Positions 46,282 to 57,698 are shown, numbered from the whole stretch's first letter. The stretch: 63,148 nt of DNA, filler included, from Stramenopiles sp. TOSAG23-3 (GCA_900128585.1; 46 parts of 46 records of this genome joined end to end with filler, not necessarily neighbours in it); one strand, 5' to 3'. Program-made: numbers and translations. Notes: generated from the letters alone by a model not told the origin.

Positions 46282-46466
46282 GTTGAGGCATGTGAAGATT
46301 TTAAAAAATAAGAAGAAGTCTTATAGGCACATGAAAATTTTGTGCGTAGAAAGAGGACATGTTAGAAAAGTGTACGAGCACAGTGTAATTTAATAAAAAG
46401 AAGAACGGCACTAGAGAAGAGGGAAATTTGGATATATTTTACACTAAAACTGTTTTTAATAAACAT

Positions 46467-46500
46467 TTAAAAACAAAAAATTGGCTGTTGTTATTTTATT
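46467..46500 (+). repeat. Dispersed 3'-flank element, copy C
   Basis: ttaaaaacaaaaaattggctgttgttattt. Confidence 0.7.
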
Positions 46501-46870
46501 AATAAATTAAAAAAAAAATTTATATTACATATTAAGAGACGACTCTCTCTCATTTTATATCAATTACAATTTCTTTCAGTTCCAATCCTTAATAATAAAT
46601 TATAATGATATATGTATTTAAAATTTAATATTTTATTATCATCCTAAAATGTTTTTTTAATTATTTTTTTTGTTTCGTTGTTGGGGTTGCCACATTCGAT
46701 CGTACAGTATTTAATAGTTTTATAGTGATTCGATCAGTTGTATTACTACGTATAATATGGAAGAAGTGTTNNNNNNNNNNNNNNNNNNNNNNNNNNNNNN
46801 NNNNNNNNNNNNNNTTAATTAATTAANNNNNNNNNNNNNNNNNNNNNNNNNNNNNNNNNNNNNNNNNNNN

Positions 46871-47347
46871 GTGTTTGCTCTCGCGCTTGTAGTGGTGGCA
46901 GTGTCCACTGTTGACGCAGGGTTCGTTGACCGTTTGAAGTGCAAAGGGTGTTTGTCTCTAGCCCCATTTGCCGGGTCTAGTGTTTGCAGTTCGAAATGCG
47001 GGAAAAAAAATATTTTCCCTGAAACATGCACAAAAATATGCGATTGGATGATAAGCAGGCACCCAGAAACTGTGTGCCGAGTTGCGAAACTTTGCACCCT
47101 GGACGTGATCAAGGAGCTGAAGAGTGGTGGGCTACTGTCCCTTTTTGGACTCGACGAGGACGAGGGGTATGACACCGGGAATGAAGAGAACGATATGGAT
47201 GACGCAAGACGGCTGGTAAAGTCCCGACGGCTAGGCGTCTGCTCTAGGTGCCGACCGGGCTGGCCGTGCTCGGCGTTCTGCGACGAACTTGACGAGGAGA
47301 ACGATATGGATGACGAGAGCAGGCTCTTAAACTCGTACTTGGAATGA
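46871..47347 (+). CDS. Secreted saposin-like precursor with acidic spacers and a second Cys peptide, start codon missing
   Basis: Signal peptide; CKGC...CTKIC...HPETVCRVAKLC; EENDMDD(A/E)(R/S)RL x2. Confidence 0.75.
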   Translation: MFALALVVVAVSTVDAGFVDRLKCKGCLSLAPFAGSSVCSSKCGKKNIFPETCTKICDWMISRHPETVCRVAKLCTLDVIKELKSGGLLSLFGLDEDEGYDTGNEENDMDDARRLVKSRRLGVCSRCRPGWPCSAFCDELDEENDMDDESRLLNSYLE

Positions 47348-47401
47348 GTACGTAAGATTAAAAACTGTAGCTGAAATTTAAGAATACAAAAAAAATATTT
47401 C

Positions 47402-48138
47402 TTACTGGTTGTACCAACTTTCAGTGTCCACCTCGATCTCTTCTTTCATCTCCTTCATGCTATCAATGGCATTACTGAGAGGTGTTGGGGTGTACGTAAA
47501 CGCCCGTTTCGCTTCTTCCATTGAGAACCACCACGTGCGACCTGCCATAAAATTAAACGAGTCAGGGCGCAAGAAATGATCCACGGGAGCCTGCCCTGCC
47601 CATCGGAACACCATAAAATTGAGCCGAGCGAGGGCTCGCATAAAACAAAGGGGAATCTTTTGGGGCGCCTTGTTTCCCCACGCACTGCAACTATAAAACT
47701 CTTCGGCAGTCCGGCCGACACCTGCGCCCAAGTGAAACGCCTTCCCAGAGACGTACGATTCGCAGCTTTCTCCACCACGGGCGTTCTTTTCTGAAAGCAT
47801 TACACCCGCCGCCGCGACATGCCCCTTCGCTACGTCTTCGCACCATACAAAATCAATCGAGTACTTTCCGTCCCCAAAAATATAATTGATTTCCCCTTTG
47901 AGCAAACGCTCTGCAAATTTCTTATCGTCGAAGGCGTAGATAATGGACGGTCGAATACACGCCGTCGCAAGTTTCGATGGCAGCTCATCCCCATCCCACC
48001 CGTGCAGCGACCCGTTGGCGCCCAAAACATGCTGCTCCCCAGCCGCCTTTGATGCAGCGTAGTCGTCTACAAAATTACCACGAGAAAGAAGCTTTTTGAA
48101 GTAAATGGCGCCGGCGCGAAGACGATCGTAAAATTTTC
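47402..48138 (-). CDS. 3-beta-HSD-like SDR, C-terminal part
   Basis: YAASK just upstream of the listed start; IRPSIIY, IFGDGKYSIDFV..EDVA.GH, GKAFHL. Confidence 0.85.
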
Positions 48139-48238
48139 NNNNNNNNNNNNNNNNNNNNNNNNNNNNNNNNNNNNNNNNNNNNTTAATTAATTAANNNNNN
48201 NNNNNNNNNNNNNNNNNNNNNNNNNNNNNNNNNNNNNN

Positions 48239-49505
48239 AGCAAAAGTCGGCAGGGGGGGGGGCGGGGGGGGCCGCCGTACTACTTGAAGGACAAAGACGA
48301 CCAGGACGTCACTTCTCCTGAGACGTCGATGCACCTGCCTGCCGTGCAGGGCGTACGAAATCGGTACGGGGGGATAAACATGGATCGGTTGACGCGCCTA
48401 CACCCTGGGCTCAACAAGGGCCCGAATGGACTGGACGACCCGTCGTCGCCCCCCTTGCAGAACGACTCGATCACGTCGTCCTTGTCGCGCTTCGAGAGCA
48501 AGTCGTTGACGAAAAGCAAGGAGCTGCTCTCCATGTCGCCCACGCTCCTACGGCACACCCATTCGGCCCAGATATTCGAGTACGCCACGTTCGGCCGGTG
48601 CTCCTCCGCGCGAACGATCGCCCACGCACTGATCAAGGAGTACGCAAAGAAGAGCCTGTCCGAGTCCGCGCCCGCAAGGCGAAGGCGGAGAAAGCCCAAA
48701 GGCAGCGCCGGGGGCGGGGGGGAGCGAGGGCCCCGCGGACGCGGACGGGAAAGCCTTGGTAACGGAAGGCCTAGGGCTTGGGAACGACCCCCTCGATCGC
48801 GGGTACCCGGCCCAGCTGCCGCGGCGGGCAAAGAGCCGGCGGAGCAAGCGCGCGAAAGGCGCGAAGACCATCGCCAAAGGGATGCCTGGGGACCCCTACC
48901 GGGTCGTGTTTCCAAACGACGGCGGCGCGGTCAGCCCCGAGCGCCTGCTGCTCTCGCGCCTTCAAACCACTCAGATGCAGATACGAAAACGGTCGCCGAA
49001 CAAAAGGTTGAAGCCGCTCCTTCGCCACGAAGGCTCGACGGACCAGGGAAAGGCCGTGGGCGGGCCACAGGCCGCCCCGGAAACCAACGCGCTTGAGAAC
49101 GACGAGCGGCCAAGGCTGTTGGGGCCATCGAAGCCTTTGGCGAAGGCCCGCCCGGCGCCCACGAAAGTCGAGGTAAGCATCGACATCCCCGCCCCGGTGA
49201 TCGAGACGGAAGAAGAGGACGCGCCGGTCGACCTTGCCGAAGCGCCGGGCATGGGGAAGGAAGGGTTGGCAGCCCAGGCGGTGCCGGTCAATCTTCCCCC
49301 GACGCCGACGGCGATCACTCTCTCGGACATGGACGCCAAAGACAAAATGAAGGGGGAGTTCGGCTCTTTCATCCCGCCCCCGCCCCGGCCGCCGCCAGCA
49401 GCGGACGCGGGCGGCGGTGCGCCCGCCAGCCCGGTCTTCGAAGACCCGTTGCCAACGAAGCAGACCGTCCAAGAGATCTTCGAGGAGCAAATCCTGGGCA
49501 AGTCG
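48239..49505 (+). CDS. GC-rich low-complexity protein with an apparent +1 frameshift in a G-run near 48710-48722
   Basis: Protein-like reading passes from the 48284 frame to the 48756 frame (GSEGPADADGKALVTEG). Confidence 0.55.
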
Positions 49506-49740
49506 NNNNNNNNNNNNNNNNNNNNNNNNNNNNNNNNNNNNNNNNNNNNTTAATTAATTAANNNNNNNNNNNNNNNNNNNNNNNNNNNNNNNNNNNNNNN
49601 NNNNNCTCAAAAAGAAAAAAGAGCAAAAATGTTTACCACTGACACACATAAGTTTATCTTTATATTTTACACTCGCATGCACTAAGAACACCTCACCGTT
49701 CAAAATTATCTGCTTGAATCAAAACAGCACGCCATTGTTT

Positions 49741-50872
49741 TTAAAATGTACTGGCGCTGCTGGACAAAAGAGAAACCCATTTACGTTCAACGACCTGACT
49801 GTTGGCGTGCAACACTTGGTGTTCTCGTCGGCGCAGTTCAATGATTTTTTTCTTGCGCCGTATGCTTTCTCTGGAAACACCTAGTTTTTTCAATGCCGCG
49901 TCGTCCTGCGACAGCATTTCGCCAGTTTGGTCCTCAAGCACTTGATCTTCTGCGACGGTAGTGCTGTACTGTTTATCTAAGACGTGAACTTTCTGAAGCA
50001 GGAGCTTTGTAGCATGAAACTCGTTTGTGATAGTCCATGGGTTTTCATACTTCTCATCCCCTTCTTGTAAGGCAAGGGACTGGCCTCTTTCGTAGTCGGC
50101 AAGAGAGCCCACGGACAAAATCCTAAACGCGACCATTAAATGTTTTGGAAACTGGGTCTCGGCTCCTTGAAGAGTGCTGCCTCTGAGCAGAAAATCCGTG
50201 CCTTCTGCTCCAGTGGCTATGCCAAACAATTTCAGCAGATCTTTCTTTTCAGCCGCAAAACTGGTCATATGAGCAAGACGAATCACAATGTGAAGAGTAA
50301 AGCAATCGTAATACGGGGAGGGGTCGACGAACCCGTGTAGTATAAAGAGTTTGATATTGCTGAGGTGACCGTCTTCTGGACTATAGCTCAAAAAAATTTC
50401 GTCCCCGGCGGTATGGTGCTTCTCTGCCTGAACCCCGTATCCGACTGAGTAAGGTCCCCCGTCTACTGTTCTGTTCATGACGGAAGACAGGCCAGGTGAA
50501 TAGCTTCTGTGGTTCAACATTTCGGCTATAGGGACCAGCATTACGGAGCCAACGGGATTCAGCCACTCAAAACGTGCATTCGTGTCCGGGAACGAACTCC
50601 AAGACCGAGTGTTCACAATGGTACTTGCCCAAACATATTGTGCGACTACTCGTTCGGAATCAGATGCGCCATAATGGCCTGCCACCACCGGGTAAATTGA
50701 GCTTTTTGCAAAGTGTTCTTGACCCTTATAGGCCCGAGTAAAATCGATCCAATCACGATAGCCTGATTTTAACGTTTCAAATAAATCAATGTTGCTTGCC
50801 TCCCAAAATCTAGGAAGATGATGCAAGAAATCGTCGTACTCCGGCAAATTGGCAAGGTATGGAGAAATAATT
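49741..50872 (-). CDS. SET-domain methyltransferase (SETD3/Rubisco LSMT-like), 5' partial
   Basis: WASTIVNTRS, LVPIAEMLNH, GDEIFLSY, SNIKLFILHGF. Confidence 0.9.
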
Positions 50873-51417
50873 NNNNNNNNNNNNNNNNNNNNNNNNNNNN
50901 NNNNNNNNNNNNNNNNTTAATTAATTAANNNNNNNNNNNNNNNNNNNNNNNNNNNNNNNNNNNNNNNNNNNNAGATTCGCCATCCCCGGCAGCCAATACC
51001 TCCACCACTGCTATACCCAATAAATTGAGCGCTGCCAGTCGTTCAGGGCCAGCAACATACCTCTACGGAGTGTTGATGGCATCGACATGGTTTGGAATGG
51101 AGCGTCGGTTGCGGTTTACCATGCTTCGTCTCTTCTTGTTCGCCAGCTTCGTCTATATAATTTCGTGTATACTGTATTTCTATAAGCTTATTGTCCAGTG
51201 CCTATAAAATTTCGTGTTTAGTTTAATTACGGAAGCGTGGGCGAGCGATGCTTCAATGTCATTTGATGGACTTGGTACTCGATGACCGTGATTTCGGAGA
51301 GAAAGTGGAGCACGTTGTTCTTGGCCACTCGAATCTTTTCCATGGTACACTAGATTCGTCGCCATTTATATACGTGCAAAAAATCGCTGTATTTAAAGGG
51401 GCTCGCCACTGGTTACC

Positions 51418-51660
51418 ATGAAAACCGCAATTCTTGTGTCGAAAGGCATTCAAAAACAATTTTCGCAAAAGTTTACCAAACGCATTTCTCAACCGTTGAA
51501 GATAACCGCCAGTGCACTGCAATCGAAACGACACGTCATTTCTCTTCTTAGACGACTGGTGAAAGCGTACGGGGCGGTACTGGTGACAAAACGACAGTCG
51601 GTCAAGATGGATGGACGGCCTGCGAGCAAATATTCGTACTGTTTGGTTCGCTATATGTGA
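51418..51660 (+). CDS. Small basic protein (80 aa)
   Basis: ATG ORF; ISLLRRLVKAYGAVLVTKRQS...KYSYCL. Confidence 0.55.
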   Translation: MKTAILVSKGIQKQFSQKFTKRISQPLKITASALQSKRHVISLLRRLVKAYGAVLVTKRQSVKMDGRPASKYSYCLVRYM

Positions 51661-51728
51661 CGCGTATTTCTCGCATAGGCAACGAATATTCCAGCTGTCG
51701 TTTGACTGGAGTCATACATTGGGCCGAT

Positions 51729-51890
51729 ATGAAACCATGCTCCTGCTGCACCAAACGCGCTACCCATGCTTACCTCAACTGGCCAATGCGTTACAAGTGC
51801 TGGCGACAACAGCTGTTGGCCTATTTCACCGAGTGGGAGGGGTTGACACCGCTGGAAGCTGTCAAGCGAGTGGATGCGTGCCGTACATAA
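51729..51890 (+). CDS. Small Cys/Trp-rich protein (53 aa)
   Basis: MKPCSCC...WPMRYKCWRQQLLAYF.EWEG. Confidence 0.4.
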   Translation: MKPCSCCTKRATHAYLNWPMRYKCWRQQLLAYFTEWEGLTPLEAVKRVDACRT

Positions 51891-51911
51891 TGTGTTACAA
51901 AGTATAATTAA

Positions 51912-52238
51912 CTATTTTCGCATTGGGTTGCTAATCATTGGCGGCTCCCATGATGTTTCACCAGAAGTACGATTGTAATAATATGCCCTTCCTTCTTCGT
52001 CTTGCAATTCTTCCCATGTTTCTGTTTTTCCAGCCTTCAATCGCTTGTTTTCCTCCCGCAGTGTTTTGTTTTCTCTTTCTAGTTTCGTATCCTTCTCCCG
52101 CAGTGTCTTGACCTCTCCCTTCAGTATACCAATCATCTCCTCCGGGTTACCAACCATGCTCGACCGAACGATTGCTTTCAGTTCCACCTCTCTGTCCAAC
52201 GGGTTCGTAGACCATTCGGCTTGCGACGCTCTCAACCA
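51912..52238 (-). CDS. Coiled coil plus WW domain, C-terminal part
   Basis: WEELQDEEGRAYYYNRTSGETSWEPP. Confidence 0.88.
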   Translation of the reverse strand, partial: WLRASQAEWSTNPLDREVELKAIVRSSMVGNPEEMIGILKGEVKTLREKDTKLERENKTLREENKRLKAGKTETWEELQDEEGRAYYYNRTSGETSWEPPMISNPMRK

Positions 52239-52522
52239 NNNNNNNNNNNNNNNNNNNNNNNNNNNNNNNNNNNNNNNNNNNNTTAATTAATTAANNNNNN
52301 NNNNNNNNNNNNNNNNNNNNNNNNNNNNNNNNNNNNNNAATAATTGCTTATCATAAAGGATACTAAGGATACTGAGGATTTTCGTTAAACTTATGATAGA
52401 AAAAGATCACACAGAACAATCACACAAGATCTCCTCATCTTCTTTTTGTCCTCGCCTTTATGTGGTGGAAGAAGGTCTCTGTTTTCGCTCTCTCTCGGGA
52501 TTCATCAAAAGGTCTCCTACCG

Positions 52523-53194
52523 TCAATAGCCCATGCAGAGCGGGTCACCGTCGTTGGTAATTTTGGGAATGTTGCACTTGAGGCCAAAAACTTTGCTCAG
52601 CAATATTTTGAAAATTTTGTTAACATTTATGGAGTGCGAAGCGGAGCTGAAGATCAACGGCGCCTTCATTGCCTTCGCATACCGTTTTGCCTGTTTTATA
52701 ATTTCTCGTTGGTCCTTTTCGCCCAACTGCACGTACAGGTCGTACTTCGTCCCGACGAGTATTGGGAACGCGCCTTTGTTCAGCCCCCTGACTTGTCGGT
52801 ACCACTCCTTGACGCTTGCTAACGATGACTTATTAGACAGGTCAAACATGAATAAGATTGCGAGCGCGTCGTTGCATACTAGCGGGAGCATCGTTGCAAA
52901 CTCCCTCTGCCCGCCCAGGTCCCATATACTAAACTTAACTTCTGTATTCTTTAACGTGATCGATTTCTCCATAAAGTTCACCCCCAACGTCTCGATATAA
53001 TCCTCTTCAAACTTCCCTTCTACATACTTGACCATCATTGTCGTTTTTCCAATCTCTGCATCGCCCACCATCCCAACTTTGACGACAACGCTCTTCGCAC
53101 TCTTCGGTTTTGCCCGAGCCGGCGCAGACGCAGGCTGAGGCTGAGGCGTTTCCTTTTTCGCAGTGCCCCCAGCAGCTGTAGCTAAACTTGCCAT
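52523..53194 (-). CDS. SPG1: Spg1/Tem1 septum-promoting GTPase, complete
   Basis: GDAEIGKTTMMVKYV, YIETLGVNFMEK, WDLGGQREF..MLPLVCNDA, VGTKYD, SINVNKIFKI. Confidence 0.95.
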   Translation of the reverse strand: MASLATAAGGTAKKETPQPQPASAPARAKPKSAKSVVVKVGMVGDAEIGKTTMMVKYVEGKFEEDYIETLGVNFMEKSITLKNTEVKFSIWDLGGQREFATMLPLVCNDALAILFMFDLSNKSSLASVKEWYRQVRGLNKGAFPILVGTKYDLYVQLGEKDQREIIKQAKRYAKAMKAPLIFSSASHSINVNKIFKILLSKVFGLKCNIPKITNDGDPLCMGY

Positions 53195-53389
53195 GGCGAT
53201 GACGGTTCGTCTCTCTTATATTTGTTTATATGAAGTAAGATATAAACAGATAAATAGGCGTAGGAATCTCTTCCATCTAAATTACCAAACTTTTCAATCT
53301 CAACGGTTGAATTCAACGAATACCTTACACATGTAATTCTGTGGTGTATTTTGTTATCTGCTTTCTCTTTTTTCTTTTTTCTTCTTCTT

Positions 53390-53422
<33 letters not shown>

Positions 53423-53704
53423 TATTATATATTATTTATTTGACTTCTACTACTTGCTGTATTATTATTATATTTTATTATTTTATTATAAATATACACC
53501 ACACAGTGTTGGTGAGGAGTCGTTTATAATGCGACTATATTTTGAACAAAATATATAAGTTTATTACGGATGAGGAGACGTGAAGAAGAAGAGGAAGCGA
53601 AATANNNNNNNNNNNNNNNNNNNNNNNNNNNNNNNNNNNNNNNNNNNNTTAATTAATTAANNNNNNNNNNNNNNNNNNNNNNNNNNNNNNNNNNNNNNNN
53701 NNNN

Positions 53705-54970
53705 TGAGCACAGGAGCAATGTCGAGCTCCTCCGCAACACTACAGAGGGGAATGGATATGGCCGGGGGCACAGAGACGACCATTTCCCCTTCGTCGCACC
53801 ACATGTACGCACTGCTCAGGACCGACAGCACCAAATAGGCACGGCGCAGTTCAGCTTTGCTCTTGCACAAGGGTTTGAAATCGATGACGGGGAGAAGCCT
53901 CGCTTTCGCACGGAAACCAGAAGATTTCAACAACGTTGGAACATTGCTGGCTAAGGATTCCCAAGGCTCGTACAATGGATTTGGCAGCCTGTCTAGCGGG
54001 TCGCCATTGCCGGGAAGCCCAAGAAAGCCCTTGACCTCATCGATGCTGTGCTGTTGAAAAATATCCGAGCACGCTTCCCTGTGCTTACCTATTTCATGCA
54101 GGAGCGGGTGAAGGCGTTCTGAAATTTGTTCCGGTTCCCAGTTTAGTCGAACTGCTCGTACTGGGACAAACTCGCTCGGTTGACCAAGCACAGACACTTT
54201 CCCATGTCCATCAAATAAAAATCGGACGCAAAATTTTCCGTCCCCTAGCCGTTCTGCTTCATCCTTTCCCATCTTTACAATGGGACAACCAGACCGCAAC
54301 GCGGCGGACGCCTCGCTTTCCTCAACCCTTTCCAAAATATCAATCCTTAGGCTGTCGGCATAGGTAGGCCACATTCTCGTGGTCCACTCCATTGCCCCGT
54401 CTTCTTCGGGCGACAGGCCAAGGGGCCGGAGCAAGAACGCGCTGATAGTCGAATAAATACAGGAATCATGCGCCGAGTAAACATTGAGCTTCAGTCCCGA
54501 TTCTTTGATTATGCCTGCCCGCTTTCTTTCCCAAACAAGCTTCCTCATTGAATTTACAATCGCATACAAAAACGGGGCCATAGAAGCTTCCAAAAATTCT
54601 CCGATGCCCGAAAAAGCAAAGGCCCACTTGTTCTTGATACTCGTGACAGCATCGATTTCTTCCTGCGTCAGCGTTGCTGGCATAATGTTGTACGCCTTCA
54701 AACAGCACAAAATCTCGCACAGCCTGTCCACTGAAAGCCCCCCAGGCTCGTCCTTTCCGTCGGGACCCGCATCGCCGAACGGAAAAAGCCCCGCTTCGTT
54801 GAGTTTCCTCGCAACTCGTGCGCGGAGTTCTTTCCCACCGGACGCTTTGCTGTACGGTTCCAGCCGAGCCTTGTACTTCTTCACTAGTCCGTGAAACTGG
54901 TCCATATCGGAGTCGGGAATGAAACTTTTCCACCTGCGGGCGTCGATCCGTACGTTTTTCTGGGAAACAC
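53705..54970 (-). CDS. Fusion of a histidine acid phosphatase C-half with an indoleamine 2,3-dioxygenase N-half, partial at both ends
   Basis: VYSAHDS and WPTYA..LRIDIL phosphatase motifs; GFL..DPLDRLP..YEPWE, ELRRAYLVLSVLSSAYMW, PPAISIPLCSVAEELDIAPVL IDO motifs; single open frame. Confidence 0.85.
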
Positions 54971-55070
54971 NNNNNNNNNNNNNNNNNNNNNNNNNNNNNN
55001 NNNNNNNNNNNNNNTTAATTAATTAANNNNNNNNNNNNNNNNNNNNNNNNNNNNNNNNNNNNNNNNNNNN

Positions 55071-55820
55071 TCCCCTAAGAATGCATCGTTGATCGACATC
55101 GTGGCAAACAGCCAGTCGGTGAATGCCCTTTTGTGGAGCGCAGCTGCGGCGTCTTTGGTTTGCATCGTTATGTTTTCGATCCAACGGCTGATGAGCCTGG
55201 AGACAATGGTTGCTGCTTGGACGACTGGGTTTAAAGATATGATGGAGCCGATTCTAATTTTGCTTCTTGCGTGGGCTCTGGGCGGTGTGATAGTGGACCT
55301 GCAGACGTCCGTTTACCTCTCGAGTGCGCTGAAAGGAAACCTTCCCGCATGTTGGCTGCCAGCGTTGGGGACAATCCTTGCCTGCATCGTGTCGTTCGCA
55401 AGCGGTTCGGCGATGGGAACCATGGGAATTCTGTTCCCCCTCGTTCTGCCCTTGGCCGAAGCCCTGTCAAAGGGCGATGAATCGATTGTTATGGAGTCCG
55501 CTGCCGCGGTCCTGGCAGGCTCCACGTTTGGGAACACATGCAGCCCGATAGCTGACAACACGGTCTTAGCGTCGCTCGCGACAGGGTGCGATCTAGTTCT
55601 CCATGCAAAGACGATGGTGCCGTATACGCTTCTCACGTTGTTTGTGAGCTTCTGTTTTGGAACGCTCCCAGTATCGCTGGGACTTTATGGCCCTGGAGTG
55701 GGACTGTTGGTTTGTATCGGCGTTGTAATTCTTGTGCTCCGATTTTTTGGCACCGACCCAAGCGCAAGGCATCGGGTGCCAGAGAGTGACGATGGTCGTG
55801 GGCATTACAGCAGTATCTGA
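55071..55820 (+). CDS. NhaC-family Na+/H+ antiporter, C-terminal part
   Basis: SFASGSAMGTMGILFP, AVLAGSTFGNTCSPIADNTVLASLATGC...HAKT. Confidence 0.9.
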   Translation, partial: SPKNASLIDIVANSQSVNALLWSAAAASLVCIVMFSIQRLMSLETMVAAWTTGFKDMMEPILILLLAWALGGVIVDLQTSVYLSSALKGNLPACWLPALGTILACIVSFASGSAMGTMGILFPLVLPLAEALSKGDESIVMESAAAVLAGSTFGNTCSPIADNTVLASLATGCDLVLHAKTMVPYTLLTLFVSFCFGTLPVSLGLYGPGVGLLVCIGVVILVLRFFGTDPSARHRVPESDDGRGHYSSI

Positions 55821-55953
55821 GAGAGTGCAGGCGCACTTTAAGATCTTAAGAACTGTACATGCTACACAGTGTGTTAGAAGTGTAGATAGAACCATCTAAC
55901 TTTTTTTGTGTTAAGACATCTAATTCGGTGTATTCTTCTTTCGTATGATGTTG

Positions 55954-56037
55954 TTTTAAAAACAAAAAATTGGCTGTGTTATTTAAAGTATCATATCATA
56001 TGTTAAGATGATTAAAATTTAGCTTAGCTTCCTCACA
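55954..56037 (+). repeat. Dispersed 3'-flank element, copy D
   Basis: ttttaaaaacaaaaaattggctgtgttattt...tatcatatcatatg...aaatttagcttagcttcctca. Confidence 0.8.
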
Positions 56038-56919
56038 TACCGCGAAAATGAATCTACTCAGCACTTGCTTGTCCATCGTATTGTTTTTTTATAAAAACAA
56101 AATAATTCCGTATTACATTAAGTGTTTGTGATATGATACTGCGAATCATAAAGTTAAGTTTCATTTTCTCTAAACATCCGAATGTAAAATTTTCTCCTTG
56201 TAGAAATATTTGCCGTGCAACCGTGCGCTTCCGATGGCCTTTGGGAATTTGGTCAAAAGCAAGTTCGTCAAAAGTATGGTGCCACCCGTCAAGAACGAGA
56301 AGGACGCGCCATAGGCTTGGTAGTATGCACTCCANNNNNNNNNNNNNNNNNNNNNNNNNNNNNNNNNNNNNNNNNNNNTTAATTAATTAANNNNNNNNNN
56401 NNNNNNNNNNNNNNNNNNNNNNNNNNNNNNNNNNTTTAACGGTTGTGTTTTTACATTACATAATATGTATACTTATATATTTCCTATTTTAATTCAATTC
56501 TCAATTAATAATGTATAAATAGAAGAAGAATATTTCATTCATGGAAGAAGAATAGAACCATTAAATAATGAAGAAGACAAAAAGAGATTTAAATAAAATC
56601 TTTTTTTTCTTCTTCTTCTTCTTTCTCTTTTTTTCTGTTAGTTAGTTTTTTTTCGGTAGTAGTAGTAATTTTATTTGCAAGCGCACTCGAACACTGGGTT
56701 TGTTGTAAATCCTGGAATTCAATTCATCGAAAATATCGTGTGAAGAGCTTAACCATTGTAGACCATTTTTTTAAGCTTAAAGGATTGGTTATATAAACTA
56801 AACACACGTTGGAAAAGAAGAGAGAGAGAGAAAGAGGTTTTTTCCGTTCCTTCGTTTGCGCTCGTTCGAGGTAACACGCACTGCATACAATAGAGCTGTG
56901 TTGATACGCAGGGAGAGAT

Positions 56920-57698
56920 ATGGGTGCGAAAGGATCAACGTACGATGACAAAGCGCAGGTCAAAACCGCGCTGCACAAGTTCGGGAACATGAAGCTTAGG
57001 GATTTTGAAGACTTGTGGCGGCGTTTCAAGGATTCTGGCCTTGGGTTTGCGTTGCACCCAACGGAAGTCGGGGAGTTGTTGATGGAGACGAACGAGCGCA
57101 CGCTACGGGACGTTTTCACCATATTCGACAACGATGAGCGGGGCCTGGTCGACTCCTTCGAGCTGATCACGACCCTGGCCTTGTGCTCGAGCATGCGTTT
57201 GGAAGAGAAGCTACGCTTCGTCCAGTCCGTCTACGATTTCAACGAGAACTCGATGTTTTCCAAAGACGAAATAACAATCATCGCCCGCACTGCCCTCTAC
57301 GGCATTGCCAAGGCCGACGTCCACTCCCAGAGCGTCCCGTTGGAGACGTCCCACCTGGAGCGGTTTTCCGACCGGGCGTACGAGACCTTCAAGATCGATG
57401 AGGACGAGGAAATCAGCGGCGAACTTTTGGTGGAATTTTGCAGCAAAGACCCGGAAGCGATGCAGTTTATCAATTACTGCAACGGCCTCTTGGCGCCCGT
57501 TGTCATCGCGTCGTCCACCGAGGTGTGGACGGACAAAGACTGGGACCCCGCACCGGAGCGGGTTTACATAGAACCTATCGCCCCGCCCGTCGGGACGTTG
57601 CTGCCGGAAGGCATATGGTGGAGGCACCTCTCGGAGATCTGCCCGGCGGCCCCCGTTCTCTTCGCCGACGGCGTCCAGCCCTCCGTCGCAATCCCAGG
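56920..57698 (+). CDS. Myristoylated EF-hand protein continuing into a calpain-like (CysPc) N-terminal region, 3' partial
   Basis: MGAKGS; DNDERGLVDSFE, DFNENSMFSKDE; WTDKDW.P...IWWRHLSEI...PVLFADGVQP. Confidence 0.78.

Noticed and set aside
48700-48730. Programmed frameshift
   Set aside because: The shift falls in a G homopolymer within GC-rich DNA; a sequencing or polymerase indel is more likely
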